From: Eledone cirrhosa
Lineage: Eukaryota
Direction: 5' to 3'
NCBI GenBank assembly: GCA_964016885.1
Contig: OZ024742.1
Coordinates: 62,992,001-63,056,000, forward strand
Length of the DNA: 64,000 nucleotides
Below the pieces are notes generated by a model. It worked only from the letters and a program-made list of their open reading frames with translations, was not told where the DNA came from and ran no database searches. Shown in pieces: positions 54,501-64,000 of the stretch. The position numbers and the translations under genes were made by a program. The stretch's first letter is position 1; each line of letters opens with the position of its first letter.

Positions 54501-57200
54501 CTTACTACCTGTCTCTCAGTCAGTCTGTCTTCTCTTAACTTCTTACTACCTGTCTCTCAGTCAGTCTGTCTTCTCTTAACTTCTTACTACCTGTCTCTCT
54601 CTCAGTCTGTCATCTCTTAACTTCTTACAACATGTCTCTCTGTCAGTCTGTCTTCTCTTAACTTCTTACTACCTGTCTCTCTGTCAGTCTGTCATCTCTT
54701 AACTTCTTACTACCTGTCTCTCAGTCAGTCTGTCATCTCTTAACTTTTTACTACTTGTCTCTCTTTCAGTCTGTCTTCTCTTAACTTCTTACTACCTGTC
54801 TCTCTGTCAGTCTGTCATCTCTTAACTTCTTACTATCTGTCTCTCTGTCAGTCTGTCTTCTCTTAACTTCTTAATACATGTCTCTCTATCAGTCTGTCTT
54901 CTCTTAACTTCTTACTACCTGTCTCTCTGTCAGTCTGTCATCTCTTAACTTCTTACTATCTGTCTCTCTGTCAGTCTGTGTTCTCTTAACTCCTTACTAC
55001 CTGCCTCTCTGTCAGTCTGTCATCTCTTAACTTCTTACTACCTGTCTCTCTGTCAGTCTGTCTTCTCTTAACTTCTTACTACCTGTCTCTCAGTCAGTCT
55101 GTCTTCTCTTAACTTCTTACTACCTGCCTCTCTGTCAGTCAGTCATCTCTTAACTTCTTACTACCTGTCTCTCTGTCAGTCTGTCTTCTCTTAACTTCTT
55201 ACTACCTGTCTCACTGTCAGTCAGTCATCTCTTAACTTCTTACTACCTGTCGCTCTGTCAGTCTGTCAGCTCTTAACTTCTTACTACCTGTCTCTCTGTC
55301 AGTCTGTCTTCTATTAACTTCTTGCTACCTGTCTCTCTGTCAGTCTGTCATGTCTTAACTTCTTACTACCTGTCTCTCTGTCAGTCTGTCATCTCTTAAC
55401 TTCTTACTACCTGTCTCTCTGTCAGTCTGTCATCTCTTAACTACTTACTATCTGTCTCTCTGTCAGTCTGTCTTCTCTTAACTTCTTACTACCTGTCTCT
55501 CTGTCAGTCTGTCATCTCTTAACTTCTTACTATCTGTTTCTCTGTCAGTCTGTGTTCTCTTAACTCCTTACTACCTGCCTCAATGTCAGTCTCTCATCTC
55601 TTAACTTCTTACTACCTGTCTCTCTGTCAGTCTGTCATCTCTTAACTTCTAACTACCTGTCTCTCTGTCAGTTTGTCATCTCTTAACTTCTTACTACCTC
55701 TCTCTCAGTCAGTCTGTCTTCTCTTAACTTCTTACTACCTGTCTCTCTGTCAGTCTGTCATCTCTTAACTTCTTACTACCTGTCTCTCAGTCAGTCTGTC
55801 ATCTCTTAACTTCTTACTACTTGTCTCTCTTTCAGTCTCTCTTCTCTTAACTTCTTACTACCTGTCTCTCTGTCAGTCCTTCATCTCTTAACTTCTTACT
55901 ACCTGTCTCTCTGTCAGTCTGTCTTCTCTTAACTTCTTACTACCTGTCTCACTGTCAGTCTGTCATCTCTTAAATTCTTACTACCTGTCTCTCTGTCAGT
56001 CTGTCATCTCTTAACTTCTTACTACCTGTCTCTCTGTCAGTCTGTCTTCTATTAACTTCTTGCTACCTGTCTCTCTGTCAGTCTGTCATGTCTTAACTTC
56101 TTACTACCTGTCTCTCAGTCAGTCTGTCTTCTCTTAACTTCTTACTACCTGTCTCTCAGTCAGTCTGTCTTCTCTTAACTTCTTACTACCTGTCTCTCTC
56201 TCAGTCTGTCATCTCTTAACTTCTTACAACATGTCTCTCTGTCAGTCTGTCTTCTCTTAACTTCTTACTACCTGTCTCTCTGTCAGTCTGTCATCTCTTA
56301 ACTTCTTACTACCTGTCTCTCAGTCAGTCTGTCATCTCTTAACTTTTTACTACTTGTCTCTCTTTCAGTCTGTCTTCTCTTAACTTCTTACTACCTGTCT
56401 CTCTGTCAGTCTGTCATCTCTTAACTTCTTACTATCTGTTTCTCTGTCAGTCTGTCTTCTCTTAACTTCTTAATAGATGTCTCTCTATCAGTCTGTCTTC
56501 TCTTAACTTCTTACTACCTATCTCTCTGTCAGTCTGTCATCTCTTAACTTCTTACTATCTGTCTCTCTGTCAGTCTGTGTTCTCTTAACTCCTTACTACC
56601 TGCCTCTCTGTCAGTCTGTCATCTCTTAACTTCTTACTACCTGTCTCTCAGTCAGTCTGTCTTCTCTTAACTTCTTACTACCTGTCTCTCAGTCAGTCTG
56701 TCTTCTCTTAACTTCTTACTACCTGCCTCTCTGTCAGTCTGTCATCTCTTAACTTCTTATTACCTGTCTCTCCGTCAGTCTGTCTTCTCTTAACTTCTTA
56801 CTACCTCTCTCTCTGTCAGTCTGTCTTCTCTTAACTTCTTACTACCTGTCTCTCTGTCAGTCTGTCATCTCTTAACTTCTTACTACCTGTCTCTCAGTCA
56901 GTCTGTCTTCTCTTAACTTCTTACTACCTGTCTCTCAGTCAGTCTGTCTTCTCTTAACTTCTTACTACCTGTCTCTCTGTCAGTCTGTCATGTCTTAACT
57001 TCTTACTACCTGTCTCTCAGTCAGTCTGTCTTCTCTTAACTTCTTACTACCTGTCTCTCAGTCAGTCTGTCTTCTCTTAACTTCTTACTACCTGCCTCTC
57101 TGTCAGTCTGTCTTCTCTTAACTTCTTACTACCTGTCTCTCTGTCAGTCTGTCATCTCTTAACTTCTTACTACCTGTCTCTCAGTCAGTCTGTCTTCTCT
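48540..57200. repeat. Tandem block duplication of 111 monomers (about 48540-52650 / 53090-57200), with a nested 39-monomer duplication inside each copy
   Basis: ACATTTTTG A at 48600/53152, CTAAGT at 49637/54189 and AATAGATG G at 51924/56476 (offset 4552=111x41+1). Nested: GTCGCTC G at 49101/50700 (offset 1599=39x41) and at 53653/55252. Confidence 0.92.
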
Positions 57201-60200
57201 TAACAACTTCTTACTACCTGTCTCTCTGTCAGTCTGTCATCTCTTAACTTCTTACTACATGTCTCTCTGTCAGTCTGTCTTCTCTTAACTTCTTACTACC
57301 TGTCTCTCTGTCAGTCTGTCATCTCTTAACTTCTTAGTACCTGTCTCTCAGTCAGTCTGTCATCTCTTAACTTCGTACTACCTGTCTCTCTGTCAGTCTG
57401 TCATCTCTTAACTTCTAACTACCTGTCTCTCTGTCAGTTTGTCATCTCTTAACTTCTTACTACCTCTCTCTCAGTCAGTCTGTCTTCTCTTAACTTCTTA
57501 CTACCTGTCTCTCTGTCAGTCTGTCTTCTCTTAACTTCTTACTACCTGTCTCTCTGTCAGTCTGTCATCTCTTAACTTCTTACTACCTGTCTCTCAGTCA
57601 GTCTGTCTTCTCTTAACTTCTTACTACCTGTCTCTCAGTCAGTCTGTCTTCTCTTAACTTCTTACTACCTGTCTCTCTGTCAGTCAGTCATCTCTTAACT
57701 TCTTACTACATGTCTCTCTGTCAGTCTGTCTTCTCTTAACTTCTTACTACCTGTCTCTCTGTCAGTCTGTCATCTCTTAACTTCTTACTACCTGTCTCTC
57801 AGTCAGTCTCTCATCTCTTAACTTTTTACTATTTGTCTCTCTTTCAGTCTCTCTTCTATTAACTTCTTACTACCTGTCTCTCTGTCAGTCTTTCATCTCT
57901 TAACTTCTTACTACCTGTCTCTCAGTCAGTCTGTCATCTCTTAACCTTTTACTACTTGTCTCTCTTTCAGTCTGTCTTCTCTTAACTTCTTACTACCTGT
58001 CTCTCTGTCAGTCTGTCATCTCTTACCTTCTTACTATCTGTCTCTCTGTCAGTCTGTCTTCTCTTAACTTCTTAATACATGTCTCTCTATCAGTCTGTCT
58101 TCTCTTAACTTCTTACTACCTGTCTCTCTGTCAGTCTGTCATCTCTTAACTTCTTACTATCTGTCTCTCTGTCAGTCTGTGTTCTCTTAACTCCTTACTA
58201 CCTGCCTCTCTGTCAGTCTGTCATCTCTTAACTTCTTACTACCTGTCTCTCTGTCAGTCTGTCTTCTCTTAACTTCTTACTACCTGTCTCTCAGTCAGTC
58301 TGTCTTCTCTTAACTTCTTACTACCTGCCTCTCTGTCAGTCTGTCATCTCTTAACTTCTTATTACCTGTCTCTCCGTCAGTCTGTCTTCTCTTAACTTCT
58401 TACTACCTCTCTCTCTGTCAGTCTGTCTTCTCTTAACTTCTTACTACCTGTCTCTCTGTCAGTCTGTCATCTCTTAACTTCTTACTACCTGTCTCTCAGT
58501 GAGTCTGTCTTCTCTTAACTTCTTACTACCTGTCTCTCAGTCAGTCTGTCTTCTCTTAACTTCTTACTACCTGTCTCTCTGTCAGTCTGTCATCTCTTAA
58601 CTTCTTACTACCTGTCTCTCTGTCAGTCTGTCTTCTCTTAACTTCTTACTACCTGTCTCTCTGTCAGTCTGTCATCTCTTAACTTCTTACTACCTGTCTC
58701 TCAGTCAGTCTGTCATCTCTTAACTTTTTACTACTTGTCTCTCTTTCAGTCTCTCTTCTCTTAACTTCTTACTACCTGTCTCTCTGTCAGTCTGTCTTCT
58801 ATTAACTTCTTGCTACCTGTCTCTCTGTCAGTCTGTCATGTCTTAACTTCTTACTACCTGTCTCTCAGTCAGTCTGTCTTCTCTTAACTTCTTACTACCT
58901 GTCTCTCAGTCAGTCTGTCTTCTCTTAACTTCTTACTACCTGTCTCTCTGTCAGTCTGTCATCTCTTAACTTCTTACTACCTGTCTCTCTGTCAGTCTGT
59001 CTTCTCTTAACTTCTTACTACCTGTCTCTCTGTCAGTCTGTCATCTCTTAACTTCTTACTACCTGTCTCTCAGTCAGTCTGTCTTCTCTTAACTTCTTAC
59101 TACCTGTCTCTCAGTCAGTCTGTCTTCTCTTAACTTCTTACTACCTGTCTCTCTGTCAGCCAGTCATCTCTTAACTTCTTACTACATGTCTCTCTGTCAG
59201 TCTGTCTTCTCTTAACTTCTTACTACCTGTCTCTCTGTCAGTCTGTCATCTCTTAACTTCTTACTACCTGTCTCTCAGTCAGTCTGTCATCTCTTAACTT
59301 TTTACTATTTGTCTCTCTTTCAGTCTCTCTTCTCTTAACTTCTTACTACCTGTCTCTCTGTCAGTCTTTCATCTCTTAACTTCTTACTACCTGTCTCTCT
59401 GTCAGTCTGTCTTCTCTTAACTTCTTACTACCTGTCTCACTGTCAGTCAGTCATCTCTTAACTTCTTACTACCTGTCTCTCTGTCAGTCTGTCAGCTCTT
59501 AACTTCTTACTACCTGTCTCTCTGTCAGTCTGTCTTCTATTAACTTCTTGCTACCTGTCTCTCTGTCAGTCTGTCATGTCTTAACTTCTTACTACCTGTC
59601 TCTCTGTCAGTCTGTCATCTCTTAACTTCTTACTACCTGTCTCTCTGTCAGTCTGTCTTCTCTTAACTTCTTACTACATGTCTCTCTGTCAGTCTGTCTT
59701 CTCTTAACTTCTTACTACCTGTCTCTCTGTCAGTCTTTCATCTCTTAACTTCTTACTATCTGTCTCTCATTCAGTCTGTCTTCTCTTAACTTCTTACTAC
59801 CTGTCTCTCTGTCAGTGTGTCATCTCTTAACTTCTTACTACCTGTCTCTTTGTCAGTCTGTCATCTCTTAACATTTTACTATCTGTCTCTCATTCAGTCT
59901 CTCTTCTCTTAACTTCTTACTACCTGTCTCTCTGTCAGTCTGTCATCTCTTAACTTCTTACTACTTGTCTCTCTGTCAGTCTGCCATCTCTTAACTTCTA
60001 ACTACCTGTCTCTCTGTCAGTTTGTCATCTCTTAACTTCTTACTACCTCTCTCTCAGTCAGTCTGTCTTCTCTTAACTTCTTACTACCTGTCTCTCTGTC
60101 AGTCTGTCTTCGCTTAACTTCTTACAACCTGTCTCACTGTCAGTTTGTCATCTCTTAACTTCTTACTACCTGTCTCTCTGTCAGTCTGTCATCTCTTAAC

Positions 60201-60229
60201 TTCTTTCTACCTGTCTCTCTGTCAGTCTG

Positions 60230-63200
60230 TCTTCTATTAACTTCTTGCTACCTGTCTCTCTGTCAGTCTGTCATGTCTTAACTTCTTACTACCTGTCTCT
60301 CCGTCAGTCTGTCTTGTCTTAACTTCTTACTACCTGTCTCTCTGTCAGTCTGTCATCTCTTAACTTCTTCCTACCTGTCTCTCTGTCAGTCTGTCTTCTC
60401 TTAACTTCTTACTACATGTCTCTCTGTCAGACTGTCTTCTCTTAACTTCTTACTATCTGTCTCTCTGTCAGTCTCTCATCTCTTAACTTTTTACTATTTG
60501 TCTCTCTTTCAGTCTCTCTTCTCTTAACTTCTTACTACCTGTCTCTCTGTCAGTCTTTCATCTCTTAACTTCTTACTACCTGTCTCTCTGTCAGTCTGTC
60601 TTCTCTTAACTTCCTACTACCTGTCTCACTGTCAGTCAGTCATCTCTTAACTTCTTACTACCTGTCTCTCTGTCAGTCTGTCAGCTTTTAACTTCTTACT
60701 ACCTGTCTCTCTGTCAGTCTGTCTTCTATTAACTTCTTGCTACCTGTCTCTCTGTCAGTCTGTCATGTCTTAACTTCTTACTACCTGTCTCTCTGTCAGT
60801 CTGTCATCTCTTAACTTCTTACTACCTGTCTCTCTGTCAGTCTGTGTTCTCTTAACTCCTTACTACCTGCCTCTCTGTCAGTCTGTCATCTCTTAACTTC
60901 TTACTAACTGTCTCTCTGTCAGTCTGTCTTCTCTTAACTTCTTAGTACCTGTCTCTCAGTCAGTCTGTCATCTCTTAACTTTTTACTACTTGTCTCTCTT
61001 TCAGTCTCTCTTCTCTTAACTTCTTACTACCTGTCTCTCTGTCAGTCTTTCATCTCTTAACTTCTTACTACCTGTCTCTCTGTCAGTCTGTCATCTCTTA
61101 ACTTCTTACTACCTGTCTCTCTGTCAGTCTGTCATCTCTTAACTACTTACTATCTGTCTCTCTGTCAGTCTGTGTTCTCTTAACTCCTTACTACCTGTCT
61201 CTCTGTCAGTCTGTCATCTCCTAACTTCTTGCTACATGTCTCTCTGTCAGTCTCTCTTCTCTTAACTTCTTACTACCTGTCTCTCTGTCAGTCTGTCATC
61301 TCTTAACTTCTTACTACCTGTCTCTCTGTCAGTCTGTCTTCTCTTAACTTCTTACTACCTGTCTCTCTGTCGGTCTCTCTTCTCTTAACTTCTTACTACC
61401 TGTCTCTCTGTCAGTCTGTCATCTCTTAACTACTTACTATCTGTCTCTCTGTCAGTCTGTGTTCTCTTAACTCCTTACTACCTGTCTCTCTGTCAGTCTG
61501 TCATCTCCTAACTTCTTGCTACATGTCTCTCTGTCAGTCTCTCTTCTCTTAACTTCTTACTACCTGTCTCTCTGTCAGTCTGTCATCTCTTAACTTCTTA
61601 CTACCTGTCTCTCAGTCAGTCTGTCTTCTCTTAACTTCTTACTACCTGTCTCTCAGTCAGTCTGTCTTCTCTTAACTTCTTACTAGCTGCCTCTCTGTCA
61701 GTCTGTCATCTCTTAACTTCTTACTACCTGTCTCTCTGTCAGTCTGTCTTCTCTTAACTTCTTACTACCTGTCTCTCTGTCAGTCTGTCTTCTCTTAACT
61801 TCTTACTACCTGTCTCTCTGTCAGTCTGTCATCTCTTAACTTCTTACTACCTGTCTCTCAGTCAGTCTGTCTTCTCTTAACTTCTTACTACCTGTCTCTC
61901 TGTCAGTCTGTCATCTCTTAACTTCTTACTACCTGTCTCTCAGTCAGTCTGTCTTCTCTTAACTTCTTACTACCTGCCTCTCTGTCAGTCTGTCATCTCT
62001 TAACTTCTTATTACCTGTCTCTCCGTCAGTCTGTCTTCTCTTAACTTCTTACTACATGTCTCTCTGTCAGTCTGTCATCTCTTAACTTCTTACTACCTGT
62101 CTCTCAGTCAGTCTGTCATCTCTTAACTTTTTACTACTTGTCTCTCTTTCAGTCTGTCTTCTCTTAACTTCTTACTACCTGTCTCTCTGTCAGTCTGTCA
62201 TCTCTTAACTTCTTACTATATGTCTCTCTGTCAGTCTGTCTTCTCTTAACTTCTTAATACATGTCTCTCTATCAGTCTGTCTTCTCTTAACTTCCTACTA
62301 CCTGTCTCTCTGTCAGTCTGTCATCTCTTAACTTCTTACTATCTGTCTCTCTGTCAGTCTGTGTTCTCTTAACTCCTTACTACCTGCCTCTCTGTCAGTC
62401 TGTCATCTCTTAACTTCTTACTACCTGTCTCTCTGTCAGTCTGTCTTCTCTTAACTTCTTACTACCTGTCTCTCAGTCAGTCTGTCTTCTCTTAACTTCT
62501 TACTACCTGCCTCTCTGTCAGTCTGTCATCTCTTAACTTCTTATTACCTGTCTCTCCGTCAGTCTGTCTTCTCTTAACTTCTTACTACCTCTCTCTCTGT
62601 CAGTCTGTCTTCTCTTAACTTCTTACTACCTGTCTCTCTGTCAGTCTGTCATCTCTTAACTTCTTACTACCTGTCTCTCAGTCAGTCTGTCATGTCTTAA
62701 CTTCTTACTACCTGTCTCTCTGTCAGTCTGTCATCTCTTAACTTCTTCCTACCTGTCTCTCTGTCAGTCTGTCTTCTCTTAACTTCTTACTACATGTCTC
62801 TCTGTCAGTCTCTCTTCTCTTAACTTCTTACTACCTGTCTCTCTGTCAGTCTTTCATCTCTTAACTTCTTACTACCTGTCTCTCTGTCAGTCTGTCTTCT
62901 CTTAACTTCTTACTACCTGTCTCACTGTCAGTCAGTCATCTCATAACTTCTTACTACCTGTCTCTCTGTCAGTCTGTCAGCTTTTAACTTCTTACTACCT
63001 GTCTCTCTGTCAGTCTGTCTTCTATTAACTTCTTGCTACCTGTCTCTCTGTCAGTCTGTCATGTTCTAACTTCTTACTACCTGTCTCTCTGTCAGTCTGT
63101 CATCTCTTAACTTCTTACTACCTGTCTCTCTGTCAGTCTGTGTTCTCTTAACTCCTTACTACCTGCCTCTCTGTCAGTCTGTCATCTCTTAACTTCTTAC

Positions 63201-64000
63201 TAACTGTCTCTCTGTCAGTCTGTCTTCTCTTAACTTCTTAGTACCTGTCTCTCAGTCAGTCTGTCATCTCTTAACTTTTTACTACTTGTCTCTCTTTCAG
63301 TCTCTCTTCTCTTAACTTCTTACTACCTGTCTCTCTGTCAGTCTTTCAACTCTTAACTTCTTACTACCTGTCTCTCTGTCAGTCTGTCATCTCTTAACTT
63401 CTTACTACCTGTCTCTCTGTCAGTCTGTCATCTCTTAACTAATTACTATCTGTCTCTCTGTCAGTCTGTGTTCTCTTAACTCCTTACTACCTGTCTCTCT
63501 GTCAGTCTGTCATCTCCTAACTTCTTGCTACATGTCTCTCTGTCAGTCTCTCTTCTCTTAACTTCTTACTACCTGTCTCTCTGTCAGTCTGTCATCTCTT
63601 AACTTCTTACTACCTGTCTCTCTGTCAATCTGTCTTCTCTTAACATCTTACTACCTGTCTCTCTGTCGGTCTCTCTTCTCTTAACTTCTTACTACCTGTC
63701 TCTCAGTCAGTCTGTCTTCTATTAACTTCTTGCTACCTGTCTCTCTGTCAGTCTGTCATGTCTTAACTTCTTACTACCTGTCTCTCCGTCAGTCTGTCTT
63801 GTCTTAACTTCTTACTACCTGTCTCTCTGTCAGTCTGTCATCTCTTAACTTCTTCCTACCTGTCTCTCTGTCAGTCTGTCTTCTCTTAACTTCTTACTAC
63901 ATGTCTCTCTGTCAGACTGTCTTCTCTTAACTTCTTACTATCTGTCTCTCTGTCAGTCTCTCATCTCTTAACTTTTTACTATTTGTCTCTCTTTCAGTCT
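60230..64000. repeat. Rearranged block duplications: about 60350-61400 recurs at about 62750-63680, and about 60230-60520 recurs at about 63720-64000
   Basis: TAACTG at 60907/63203 (offset 2296=56x41); CAGCTTTTA, CCTAAC and GTCGGTC variants are paired; CCGTCAGTCTGTCTTGTCTT at 60301/63786 (offset 3485=85x41). Confidence 0.8.

Larger units (their letters stand above)
1..64000. repeat. 41-bp tandem satellite array, about 1,560 monomers, consensus TCTCTTAACTTCTTACTACCTGTCTCTCTGTCAGTCTGTCW; extends beyond both window ends
   Basis: TCTCTTAAC starts at 1, 42, 83 and so on (period 41). Phase checked every 2460 bp (lcm of 41 and 60) stays within -3 to +3 nt across the window. Most monomers differ from consensus at 0-3 positions. 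No unique sequence seen. Confidence 0.99.
31781..64000. repeat. Right satellite subfamily domain (variant set R)
   Basis: Diagnostic variants: CATGTCTT (first at about 32798), TATTAACTTCTTGC, TTATTACC followed by CTCCGTC, CTCAATGTC, GTCGCTC/CAGCTC, the 42-bp ACATTTTTG monomer, and a much higher frequency of CTCAGTCAG. Confidence 0.8.

Noticed and set aside
1-64000. CRISPR array (repeat length in a similar range)
   Set aside because: Monomers abut directly with no unique spacers, and no leader or cas genes are present.
1-64000. Giant repetitive protein gene on either strand
   Set aside because: The period is not a multiple of 3. The + strand has TAA in each unit and the - strand has TGA, TAG and two TAA per unit, so all six frames close repeatedly.
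1-64000. Telomeric repeat or G-quadruplex array
   Set aside because: The - strand has no GGG runs (only one GG per unit) and no TTAGGG/TTAGG-type unit. A subtelomeric location cannot be judged from this window.
1-64000. Transposon insertions at the TTAA sites (piggyBac target), or inversions and hairpins
   Set aside because: No foreign sequence, terminal repeats or strand switch was seen, and the phase is continuous throughout.
1-64000. Assignment to a named satellite family, organism or CENP-B box
   Set aside because: I do not recognise the monomer, and the consensus lacks the CpG-containing TTCG....A..CGGG motif. A Dfam/Repbase/BLAST search is needed.
1-64000. Programmed diversification system (DGR-like, antigenic-variation cassettes, or an encoded message in the variants)
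   Set aside because: No coding target or enzyme gene is present, and the variant patterns are adequately explained by point mutation plus block duplication and conversion.

Overview
The whole 64-kb window is one uninterrupted head-to-tail tandem array (satellite DNA) of a 41-bp monomer, consensus TCTCTTAACTTCTTACTACCTGTCTCTCTGTCAGTCTGTC[T/A], about 1,560 copies, all in one orientation and running off both ends. I see no genes, RNA genes, mobile elements or CRISPR spacers. The single 66-aa ORF is a by-product of one variant monomer that shifts the recurring TAA stop. The information lies in the variant monomers. They show (i) multi-kb, near-identical, partly nested tandem block duplications of irregular size (13 to 172 monomers) rather than a fixed higher-order repeat; (ii) two subfamily domains meeting near 31.8 kb, with a left-type island at about 41.6-44.1 kb inside the right domain; (iii) a conversion-like patch at about 28.8 kb; and (iv) only 11 net length-variant monomers detected by phase tracking. 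The monomer is built from five 8-9 bp CT-initiated subunits and is about 78% pyrimidine on the + strand. It also resembles a miniature spliceosomal intron (GTCAGT...CTTAAC...pyrimidine tract...CAG), which is a speculative observation. The host is probably eukaryotic (inference). I do not recognise the satellite family, and all offsets were counted by hand, with block ends approximate.
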